The translations under genes were made by a program, and so were the position numbers. From NCBI GenBank assembly GCA_015680685.1, contig MNCI01003410.1, forward strand, positions 284,508-348,507: a stretch of DNA of 64,000 bases, in the 5' to 3' direction. Below the pieces are notes generated by a model that saw only the letters and a list, made by a program, of their open reading frames with translations, was not told the DNA's origin and made no database searches. The first letter of the stretch is position 1; each line of letters begins with the position of its first letter. Shown here piece by piece: positions 23,871 through 35,436 of the stretch. Source of the stretch: Gnetum montanum (Eukaryota; Plantae; Gnetophyta).

Positions 23871-26407
23871 GCCAAACTGCTGTGAAAGAAAAAAACAGAG
23901 AATATTAAACATTTTTTTTTTTCATTTTATATCAAAAGGTGAGTGTCTTCACCGGTGCACGACACCCCAATCACGACACCCCAAATTTTCAAACGCAAAG
24001 AGAGTGCGCAAACAATCCAACAACAACAGGAGGACTGACATCCATCCCATCCCAGAAAACAGCATATTCTGTTGCGTGACAAACAGTTCCGGTGGTGGAT
24101 GGAAGCACCAGCCAAGGAGGAAAAAAACAACCAAGACAGGAGATTAAGAATATGTCAAAACAGCAGCAAGACAAAAAGGCCGAGCCAGCCATTCAGCCAT
24201 TAGTAGGAGTTTCACCATACAATGCAAGTATGGAACGGAACATGAAACATCTCAACCTGAAACCAAAACCCACTCTGAAATCAACAGACAGCGCAGAACA
24301 AACCACAGAGCCAGCCAACCCAGTACAGAAATCAAAATCATGTCTGCGTCTGGCGTCTGAAGACGCGGGCATCCTTGTAGACCAACCCGGGCCCGCAGAA
24401 GTATCCTTCCTCCGGAGCACAATGCTCATCCTCAGAGCAGACACAGAGTCCCTCAATGGCGCAGCGCTGGCGCAGAATCTCGACGCAGGAATTTCCCAGA
24501 CCCAGAACGGCATCCGTCCATTCTTTGGATCAAAATCCCTGCGTAGCAGAAACTAGAAAAGATGTGAAAGGAACTAAGAAAAGTATGATAAAGTTGTAAA
24601 TAAAGTTTTAACTTAAGAAAGGATTTATATAGCAGAGAAGACGTTGTTGAAATAACACAGAGAAGGATGTGTTGATGCCTGCATACACACATTTTGGCTA
24701 CAGCTCCGAGTTCCTGTAAAGCTCGGCAAAATCAAACCAGGCCAGATTCAACTGCTACAGAGCTTACTTCCAGCATCCATGCTGCAGGGCTGTAGTCATT
24801 TTTTTAATTTTAGGTATTCCACAAATGACTCAAAATACTCGATTAATTTATTGGAATTATGTCCTAAAGGACCGGCATAGATTGTCTGGCCTCCTGGTTT
24901 CAGCAGGAATAACTCATCAAAGGCCTCAAAAATGTCAATACCAGGCTGGTTTCCCGCATCAATTTTTGCCATTCCAGGCTTCTAATGGAAGACCGTCAAG
25001 CACGTCCAAGTGGGCAAGTGAGGCGTGGGGCCACGTCTGCACGCAGGCCGGCGAGGTTGCCGATGTTGAAACGTGGAAACCGCGCACGTTTTGGCAACCA
25101 GGGACGAGGCAGGAAAGCTTGCACTACGGTTTGCACCAAGATTTTTAGCAACTGCGGTTCTGAATCCCAACGTGCAGGGCAACAGCAGCGGAAATCATGG
25201 TCAGGACAGAGGAAAATCTTGTTTAATACGGAGGGATAGGGTAGAGATTTTCCGGGAGTTTCTCATTATTGGAATAAGGCAAGTTTCCCAGGCGTGAGTT
25301 AGAGATTTGGAGACCCATTTAGCCGTTCCATTACGTTCATTATTTGCATGGCAGTTACTGAAAATGAACGGCAGGTGTCTGAGGAAGGACTGCCTGCAAG
25401 CACTTTATTAAAGGCTACGCTTTATAGACAAGATACTAAATTTAATGTTGATCATCATCTGCATCTGGTACGACCAAAGTATCTGTTTAAATTTAAATTC
25501 AGTCTCGGCTAACGTTGATGCATATTCATACGTATTTGCAATGAGCTCATTTTCGTCCAAAACTCCTGAAATTATCATTAATACCTTCAAAACTTCAGAT
25601 TGTGCAAGTTGATGAATTCCGGTTAGAAGAAAATAAGCATGCAAATGAATGACTATCAAGGTTCCGAGTTTAGAAAATATCATAGCAAAAACATCCGTAA
25701 TATACAAAACAGTAAAAGGATCAATAACTAAAAAAAATCTTCAAAATCTAAAGGAATGACGCAAGTTGAAATTCTCTCTATAATTGCATGCAGTTGCTGC
25801 GTATCTAGCTTTGTGGTATCTCACATCCATCTTGTATAAAATTCATTTTTGTTTAATGACTTTAATCTGATATGCTGAGAAAGGTAGCCGAATTCAGACA
25901 TAACATGGACGAAACAAATGAGAAAACAAGAAGCAGGGTTCTTTTTATGTTTCATATACGGAAGGACAAATGGGAGATTCTAGTAAATTATGTAACACCC
26001 TGAATTCATAAACAGTTTTCTGCCAGAATCCATGAGGTCATTAACTTGTTGATTAAAATGCGATGCCTAGTGACTAAAATTGACCAGGGTAAATCCCATG
26101 ATGGCAACGGTGGAGCCAGTCCATAAATTGTTTCTGTTGCAGATGAATTTTGGCTTGGCTTCCTCCTCCTCTTATTCCAGCAGAACAAGTTTTATGTGCC
26201 GCAGGCTGCGATAATGCATTCAGCAATTTACCCAATCCTGTGTGTAGATTTTAATCTGTTAAGCTACCTCTGGTGTAATTTTTTATTTTCTGAAACATGA
26301 AAATGGCAACTCGGATAACTCGATTAAGAAAAGCTCGTTATATTTTACAAGGTTAAGCTATATTACGAAGTACCATACTGTTGAGCTTACCGTGCTTTAT
26401 CTACGTT

Positions 26408-26606
26408 ACTATCACAAATAATTTGCATGGGTTAAAATTTATAGGGTTTTTAGGGATTAAAACTTATTAATCATGGCTGCATGGGAGAGTTGATATTTGT
26501 TGATGTCAACATCTCCCATGCTGCTCAAGGGGCCATGAGTAATAAATTTTAATCCCATGAAAATTTAAAAACTCTATAGGTTTAACCCATGTAAATTGTT
26601 TATAGT
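26408..26606. repeat. ~200-bp imperfect inverted repeat (MITE-like foldback / candidate small-RNA hairpin)
   Basis: AATTTGCATGGGTTAAA...GGGATTAAAACTTATTAATCATGGC...GCATGGGAGAGTTGA pairs with TCAACATCTCCCATGC...GCCATGAGTAATAAATTTTAATCCC...TTTAACCCATGTAAATT. Confidence 0.8.
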
Positions 26607-27115
26607 TATTATTTCTAAATAAAAATAAAAAATAAAAACGCTGTTGTTCCAGCGTGAGCAGCCGAGGTTACGGTCCTAATGGAACCTATGCGCAGGGAAT
26701 CTGCCAGAACAGGCGGCATGCATGACCAGAAACCGAAAGTTGCCCAAAACGGAACGGAAAGTTGCAGGCGACTGCAGAGCCGTTAGAAACTGCGGGAATG
26801 GTGGAGGAAAGATTATTCTCCGAAAACGTTCCTGTTGCAGGGTTGGACAGAGATTTGCAGACGCGGAGGCATCAACAGCAGGTTGCCCTGAAGCCACTGC
26901 AGCACATTATATGCATGTCCCTGCCACTGCTTGTTGCTTGCTTATCCGGAGAATGGTTATCATCAACAGTTTACTGCTGTGTCTGAGTGGACTTGGGGGT
27001 AGTTTTTTGGAGGCGTGCACAAGAAGTCATCTAGGTTGCGTTTTATATTGAGCTAAGTCTTTGTTGTAATCTCTTTTATTGTTTTTTTTTTTAATCAACT
27101 GAGAGTTTTAATCTC

Positions 27116-27472
27116 TGTTGAACGTTTGGTCATTAGCAGTAAAAAGAAATAAATCCAAAACATTTCTCTTAAGTTATCAACCCTCATTTTAGAACTTCTT
27201 TAATGGACAATCATTTTATTTAAATTTTCTTGTTTAAACTTCCTTGTTAAGTTACCAATTCGGATAGTTACTTCATTTAAATTTATTTTTAAAGTTATTT
27301 AAAATTATCAGCATCATTGAATTTCTATCTATTTAAACACCACATTGCCCTTACCAGTTAAAACTATTTTTGAGTTTCTATATCCATACAAGAGGTGGCC
27401 TGGGCAATAGTCTTTTTAAATGAGTTTTTTTTTTGCAAGTGTTACTGTGTGATCAAAATTTATGTATCAACA
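27116..27472 (+). mobile_element. Short solo-LTR remnant related to the Tat-like LTR
   Basis: TGTTG...AAAATTTATGTATCAACA; 3' half aligns with 10560-10700; flanks ATCTC/ATATC (4/5 TSD). Confidence 0.55.
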
Positions 27473-28115
27473 ATATCAAGATCCAAAGGGTTTAAGGTAA
27501 GTTAGAAAAAATTAAAAAAGATTTGAACTTCAATTTTATGTTGCACTCTTGGTACTATCATCATCTTAACCTTATTTCAATAAAATAAGGTCCACCTATA
27601 TAAGTTTTCCTTCATTATTGCCCTATTTTTAAAACCTAAAGCTTTGTCTATTTACATTATTAAGAATTCAATCTTTTATCAATGTAAAGTGTAAGTTACC
27701 TGTTGTATGTTATCTTTCATGCCTGCGATACCTGTTGAAAGAGAAAAACGCGTAAGATAGATATTTGCATGTGTTTTACTGTTTAACAATGTCTATTTAG
27801 TTCAGCTAATTAGCTTCCAAAATTTGCAACCCACGGTACCGGGCAGAAAACACTCACAACGCTTACCGATGGGAATATGAGATATTACATGCTACAATGT
27901 TCATGCAAAAAACAATCACAATGCTTGCCCTTGATAATCATGAGATATTACCGGTACTTCACTTTCTCAAAAGAAAAAAATGTTTATGCAGAAAACCATA
28001 AACATTTACAACGGTTTACCGATGGAAGTCATCTTACCGATACTTGGATTTCTTAAAAACATATTCATGCATAAAGCATTCACAATGTTTACCGATGGTA
28101 ATCATGGGATATTGC

Positions 28116-28705
28116 CGATATTTGGCAAGAAGCGTTTTCAGAGACATTTGAATTCTGTATCGATATTTGGCAAGAAGCGTTTTCAGAGACATTTGAATTC
28201 TGTATCGATATTTGGCAAGAAGCGTTTTCAGAGACATTTGAATTCTGTATCGATATTTGGCAAGAAGCGTTTTCAGAGACATTTGAATTCTGTATCGATA
28301 TTTGGCAAGAAGCGTTTTCAGAGACATTTGAATTCTGTATCGATATTTGGCAAGAAGCGTTTTCAGAGACATTTGAATTCTGTATCGATATTTGGCAAGA
28401 AGCGTTTTCAGAGACATTTGAATTCTGTATCGATATTTGGCAAGAAGCGTTTTCAGAGACATTTGAATTCTGTATCGATATTTGGCAAGAAGCGTTTTCA
28501 GAGACATTTGAATTCTGTATCGATATTTGGCAAGAAGCGTTTTCAGAGACATTTGAATTCTGTATCGATATTTGGCAAGAAGCGTTTTCAGAGACATTTG
28601 AATTCTGTATCGATATTTGGCAAGAAGCGTTTTCAGAGACATTTGAATTCTGTATCGATATTTGGCAGGAAGCACCTTCAGAGACATTTGAACTGTAACT
28701 GTGTA
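28116..28705. repeat. 45-bp minisatellite, 12 identical units plus one variant
   Basis: CGATATTTGGCAAGAAGCGTTTTCAGAGACATTTGAATTCTGTAT at 28116, 28161 ... 28611; variant at 28656. Preceded by about 4 degenerate 70-80-bp units (27850-28120). Confidence 0.97.
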
Positions 28706-29430
28706 TTGATATGAAATAACGAGCACGTTTTTGCCGGCACAACATTTAAACTCCAAGCTGAACACATCGTTTATATAATTAATTCCAAACGAGCCTAAAT
28801 TGTGTCTGACCATTTACAAATTTTCATCAACATTTCTGGTTTTTTGTGAACCTTCTCAGGTGCAATATCTATAATATGACCATGACACTCGCAGAGCGAT
28901 GTATTTACCGGCCAAATGTCCGGTTCCTGAAGCGACAAGGGTCGGCGTAGTCCTGTCATGTCATGCAAACCGTCGTAACAGTGCAATGCTCAGCTTACCT
29001 CACCTTTTAAATTACTAGTGCAATACTCTGTTTACTTCACCTTTTAAATAAATTTGCCCAAACATGAAACTGGAAAGGAAATCTTTTTACTCACAAATTT
29101 ATAACTCAGTAGACATTTGGTGCTCAATGGAATCAAGCCTGGTTACTGTTTAATGGTATCAAATATAACCTGGTAGCTGAGGTTACAAAGCCAAGACTTT
29201 TACTAGTAAACTCATATTTCAAAACTGTTAACTACTAATTTAATATTTCAGTATACATTTTTATTTGGCTACTTCAGAATTTTAAACTTATATGAAATTG
29301 CTGTGCAATGGAATCAAACCTTTAACCTAAAATTACTAGCCGAAACTCTTACCGCAGTTTCATTACATAACGCATAAAAACAGCCATACATGTCAACTAC
29401 CTCAAAGTTTCACTACTGCTGCTACATCTG

Positions 29431-29970
29431 CCGCGTTCAGTAGACAAGCCAGTGCAACTACCACCTCAACAGATGAAGCATTGTCGGTTAAGTCACCTTT
29501 CGCCGCGTTCACGTGAAAGTGGCAGCCAAGCAGCGTGTCCGTATTTGCCTCGCTGCAGAATAATTCTAATAAGGTTCATCTTTATCCAATAACGCAATCT
29601 TCTGCAGAAGCTACACAAAAATCTCCAAAGAAATGTCTTGCTAACGTGCTCACTAAAATGCCCAAACTTATTTCTGCAAAATCACAGCAAAAAATATCAG
29701 AAAGGTGGGGAAGAATGAAACATTCCTAGCAGCAACAAAAGGGCAAGTAGTTCCACGAAAAACAAACTCTGGAATTTCCAGGTAGGGTATACGTTTTTGT
29801 CTGGGATGGGGATGGGGAACATGAATAGAAGAAATCAGGGACCCAAAGAGCAAAAAAGTGCATCTGCCCTGGATTTCTCAGCCACAAACGACGCCAAAGG
29901 AAAAGGACTAATCCTCTGCGTCCACAAGGTGCCCATGTGAGTATCTAATTTCAGTCTTTCTTTAAAACCC
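29431..29970 (+). promoter_or_regulatory. Putative SAUR promoter motifs
   Basis: CCGCGTT x2 (29431, 29503), TGTCGG AuxRE (29482), CACGTG G-box (29510), GGTGCCCATGTG (~29928; GGTCCCAT-like plus CATGTG), TTTAAAA TATA-like (~29961). Confidence 0.4.
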
Positions 29971-30046
29971 AACAATTCTGTAGTGTCTTTGGCCGTGAGA
30001 AATCAGAGAGCTTAAACTGATCAATATCTATCAATCAGAATCAGAA

Positions 30047-30340
30047 ATGGGAAAGCTGCAGCGTGCGCCCAGAGGGTACGTGGCTGTGTACGTGGGAAAC
30101 GATGATGAAGACGAGCAGGTGGAGAGATTTCTAGTGTCCATAAGAGGCCTTCACAGTCGCGTTTTTGTGCAGCTTCTGCGCTTGGCTGAGGATGTTTATA
30201 GATTCTCTCCGGATGGACCCATCAGAATTCCTTGCTCGCCTATTCAATTCAGACACATCATGAGCTCTGCAACTAATTCTTTTTCATCTTCCTCGTCTTC
30301 ATCTTCTTCTTACAGACGTGACTCGGAATGTCTCCTGTAA
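30047..30340 (+). CDS. SAUR: SAUR-family auxin-responsive protein (97 aa, intronless)
   Basis: APRGYVAVYVG...ERFLVSIRGLHSRVFVQLLRLAEDVYRFSPDGPIRIPC matches the SAUR core (PKGxxAVYVG...RFxxxxxxL.HP.F..LL..AEEEFGF...G.L.IPC). Confidence 0.9.
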   Translation: MGKLQRAPRGYVAVYVGNDDEDEQVERFLVSIRGLHSRVFVQLLRLAEDVYRFSPDGPIRIPCSPIQFRHIMSSATNSFSSSSSSSSSYRRDSECLL

Positions 30341-33300
30341 CGTTACTCTGTTGCTTTTGTTTTGTAGGTTTTGCAAGTTTTGCAACTGTTTTAATTTTCC
30401 CCGTGCTTGGTTTACCTGTAGTATCCTTAGCTTGATGATTAGTTTTTAGCTAATTGATTAACAAAGTAATGCTAGGCAAATTCAGACCACACCTTATGCT
30501 ATGATAAATTTATCAGCGACTGTATTAATTGGATAATCCGGAAGTCGGAATAACTACAGTCCAACGAATTCCCTTTAAACATCAACCAAAACACAAGCAT
30601 TCAAGATTCCGAGCAAAATGTTTCGATCAAGCTCCAAAGTACTGGAAACAATCTATAATATCATCTGCATCCCAGAGATTCCGGCCCGATCCATAATTTC
30701 CCAGCTTGCTGCATTTTCTTAAGCCGGTGTACACATGCACAATTTGACCTAGTATAAAGGTGAGGGGATATCTGATGCAATATAAATCAAAACCAACCTA
30801 CCGACAATTAACCAATAAAAGGATATTTTTTTAAGATGGCCATTGCAGGATGTTGTCCTATATATCAAAAGGGTTTTATGGATATCCTGCATATCAAAAA
30901 GTTTGAATATACGTAAGAACTTAGTTGATTTTTGAGGCAGAATGAGAGCATCATCACATTAAAAGGATCAAATTTTTAAAAATAAAATAATCACTTGGCT
31001 AATCCTATCTTTTGGGACAAAAAAAGTGTGAGCACAGAAGGTTCAAAGAGTGAAATTTAATTTTAAATTGTTATTTGAATTAAGAATAAACATGTTAGTA
31101 TATCTTTGACTCATGTTTGTCAAGGAGTCAAAAATCTGTCATTATAATATAACAATTGTTCTTAATGTAAAGCCTTGAAAAATTTTGGAGGAAAGAAAAA
31201 CTTAAGAATGAGGAGACAACAATAAGGTGTTAGGTGGTGATGAGCAACGAGGTACCCCTACACTCAACCATACGAATACGAGCGTTCACGCACGATCCGG
31301 TTGTGGTATCTAGATAGTTACACATTGATCGTAGTTCGCTGTCTTNTGGTATCTAGATAGTTACACGTTGATCGCAGTTCGCTGTCTTTCCACCTGGACT
31401 AGTATTTGCTTTGTCACGTATGGTTTAGTCCAGAGTGAGGTGTATGATGTGATCCTAAACTACTGTTACTCCTAGAGACAATGGAGAATAATATTGATTA
31501 AACTAATGAGTAATAGGAAATGAAGTCTAAGCTAACCTAAGTGCGATGAGCATCTGTTCCTTAATCATCCGTACACATCTTGGACCTCGTGCATGACTAC
31601 TACTGGGATTACCAAGCGTAGATCCTAGGTACGCTACTGGGTTACCAAGTAGTCACACTTAAATGCTTGTGATTAAGTTGTACTCATTCCGCATTTAACA
31701 ACAGGAATAGTAAATGATGATAAAGAAATATTAACTAAGAGAATAATACATAACAATAACAATTAACAATAATAATTAAACTATTAAAACTAAGTGAATG
31801 CTGCAATGATGAAGTAATCTCGATCTTTATTTCTGATCATGTGTGCGTCCAAGTACGTCACACCCAAATAAAGGTATCGTACAATTATAAGCATCACACT
31901 ACGAGCATGCACTTGGGAAAATAATCTAACTCCTACGGAAACAAAATGCAAGGGCTTCGCTACAACTACTCAAAGCCTCCTAAATGAGACGAAAAGCCCT
32001 TTTATTTATAGGCTAGAATAGGCGGCTGCGTAAACAGGGCCATGTCGACGTAGGAAGGCTGCATCAACACGGCTGCATATACGGGGCCCCGTATACGCGG
32101 CCTAGTCGACGCATCGACTATATAGCGCTTCATCATATCCCCACGACTGAGTAAAAACTCGTCTTTGAGTCAAAGAAAGTGAAGAACAAGCTCAATTGAA
32201 TACACAGTGGATAGGTATGGGATTATTGACTAGCTAGAAATTTATTCATGCCGCAGTGGATATGAAAAAATTGGGACATAGACACAAAATGACAAAATTT
32301 GTGGAACTCATGGGGTTCCCGGTAGTGGTGGCTCCTCCATGGGTGCTCTTCCCTTGTCCTGTGCATCAGGATTCTAAGATTAATACCATTGAAGAAGCAC
32401 CTGACGTTTCTCCTCTTCTATTTGAGGATTATGAGCCGTCCATGCTGATGTTCCAATGTTTGATGGAGTCGACACTTTTCATGGACACGGCAGCTGCGGG
32501 AACACTTGATTGGCCTTAACATGCCATGCCGCAAATAGCCGTCGTTCCTCTTCATAGGCTTGGGCCCTGACCTCTCCTCCCTTTACTTGGATAAATTATG
32601 TAGTAACAGGAGTTTCATGATGGATGCTGAATGATGGACTTCTGCTCTGCATGTTTTGCATGAGGTCCTTGACCTCTGCCTCCCCTAGGTCGTTCGGTTG
32701 CACCTTGCGAAGGTCCTCCTTGTTGTCTTCTTTTAGGGGTCATCTATATAATCACACAAAGATCAATTGTTAGTAAGGTTATTGAAAAAAGTTAAATGAT
32801 TTCATACCTTACTCATTGCCTTTAATAAATGTTGAATTCATTACTTAGTATGATTTTAGAGTTAGAAATTTTCCAAGGAAGTTTCCCTAAAAGTTTAATG
32901 TCGGACTTGGTTTTGAGGAACGTTTGATAAAATGATGACAAAGGAAAGAATAGGTTTGGCAATGAAGTACTCAGAGGGTATAAGATGATGTGGTGGTGTG
33001 CAAGTATAAATTACAAAATTCATGCAAGTGGGTCCTCCCCAAAGCAGGTTCCAACCTATATGCCCTTACGTAACCACACCTTAAGATGTCCATAGGCATT
33101 AGAAGGGTTAAATGTAATCTATACCAATGCAACAAAAAAACACACACATGTTGATACCACCATGATGAGGTATGAATTCAATGCTATACAAGACATGAGT
33201 CACAAATACATGAACAGCAAGATGGAATGAATTGGAGAAGGAATTGCAGAGATTGGGACGTGAGGTAACTAACTCAGGGCACAATGAATCTTGCGTGTAA

Positions 33301-34096
33301 AGCATGATTAAAGTGTCATTAACCCGTCGTTCCAAGATCAGGACCAAGTCCATTCCTCTAATCAGTGACATTGCATTGTTTCATCCCATGATGAACAACT
33401 ACGAGAGTACCATAACAACAAGGCGTACGATCACTTGGCGTTTTGTTCAAGGGAGGAGTTATTTTTGTTTTGTGGCATTTCCTTTTTCTTCTTTTTCGCT
33501 CTTTTCTTCTTCTTTTTTTCTTTTTTCACTTCACTGAATCTAGAGAAATCACCAACCTTCAGGCATGGGTGCATGTCTTTCCAGTGAGACCCCCTAGAAC
33601 AGTATTTGATTTTTGAGTGCCCTTTTAATTACTCTTACTCCCATTTTTCATTAGATCTACAAGGATCTTAGTATAACCACATTACATGATAACTCCCACA
33701 GACGTCACCAAAGAGAATCCGCAAGTCCCCTTGATGTCACACTGTAATCATTCCCTCTTGGTCCATCCTTCTTCATTCTGGGTACAATGAACATAAGATT
33801 AATTTTAAGTTCAAAAATGTCAAGAATATCACTGACCCTCGTACAGAACCTCTTATTTGTAGAATGGATACGTGGGTGTAGTCGACTCACTGTCCAAATA
33901 ATTGATCACCGAGACTTGATAGCATAGAATAACACCTCAACCAACGAGCCACATGAGTATTTTATTCATGGATGAGATTACTCATAAAAAGATAAAAAGA
34001 CAAAAAGATAAAACAATAAATTAAAAGGGTGAAAAACTGGAAAACAAAAAGTTGAAAAATTAAAGAAATAGAAAAACATTTATTAATTCTGTGTTG

Positions 34097-35436
34097 TTAG
34101 AATGGAGGATACGCTCCATAACTAAACGGTTGAGCATGGCTAGAATTAATAAATGGAAGGTGGGGATCCTTGCATGTTGGAAATATTGGGACCTGGTCAT
34201 ACTTACCCCATTGGGGTTCACACACTTGATTAGAGTTGACACAGTGGGGCCAGTTATAAGATGTGGTTAATTTATAAGGAGTTGACCCACTATGGTACTT
34301 GTGACCGTAAGATGGTATGCAAGGATCAACATGTCTCCCCATGTGGCAATATTCATTGGGCCCCATGGTTGTTGGAGTATTGAGTGATGGCCTTGATAAG
34401 GTAACATGAGGCGTTGGGTTCGAAGAGGAAGATGCACCACAGTGTTGGATTTGTGCTGAGTTGGTGGATGCAATGGTTTGTGAATTGTGGTGTCCCTTTC
34501 AATGGTCACGTCTAAAGAAGGAACACCTTCAATGTTGTGAAGGACCTCCACTACTGTTGACAGTAGCAGCACAAGTAACGTTTATGGGTTGGTGCTGTGG
34601 TGCAAAATCTTCTGGCATAGCTGGTGGTGATGTAGAAGGAGGTGAAGTACAAGAATATTGAGGTTGAGGAGAAGCGTAAGGCACATGAGGTGTGGATAGT
34701 ACTCGAGAGAATGATAGCGATGAGGTGAGGTAGAGGATGATGATCTCGTTGGAGAAATAGGGTGTTGAACATAATAAGCATTTGGCGCTGGGACAAACGA
34801 AGGGTATGGTCCAGTTGGTGGTGGCCTCCCCCACGACTGAGGTTTTTGCCACTGTGGTTGGACATAGTATTTTTGTACGAACTCTGGATGTAACATTCCT
34901 CCCCAATGCTCATGTAAATGTGACAAGATTGGACATTGACCTTTGGGGTGATCGTACAAGCAAATATTACATTGATACGTATGATTGGCAATTGAGTTCT
35001 TATTCTTATTCTCTTCTTCCCTTTGTTTCCATTGTTACATGGTGTCCTGTCCTATTTCTCGATTTGGCATAGTTGTATCTCTACTATTGTTAGCACATTC
35101 TCCACATCTTTCATGTACCCAGTCCATCATCTTATTAATCTTTGCCTCAATTTCATCTAGTGATTGTAGGATTGGCAAAGATGATTCCACCTCCTTGAAG
35201 TGAGTTGATTTCTCCTCTTCATGATCATGGACCCTTGTTAAGTTAAGATTTTGATCCTGTTGAGAACTTTCAACATTCTCCATTTTGGCTATTTCTCCTT
35301 CTTCTTTTGCTATCCGCTTAATAAGCTCTTGGAATTGATGGGTTCGTAGCTCATATAGTTGACCTCGGGTGTACATCCCTAGGGTCTCCCTTGTTTCATT
35401 ACGCAGCCCATCTATGATATGGTACATTAGCCTCTC
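34097..35436 (-). pseudogene. 3' part of B-type gag
   Basis: HIIDGLRNETRETLGMYTRGQL...; knuckle-like ICLYDHPKGQCP; ends YGAYPPF* with no protease or pol after it. Confidence 0.7.

Noticed and set aside
26650-27110. GC-rich stretch with small ORFs and a LINE-like 3' tail
   Set aside because: No RT or RNaseH motif, poly(A) or TSD could be supported.
28116-28705. CRISPR-like array or repeat protein gene
   Set aside because: Units are contiguous with no unique spacers, there are no cas genes and the context is eukaryotic. The ORFs arise because the 45-bp unit is stop-free in several frames.
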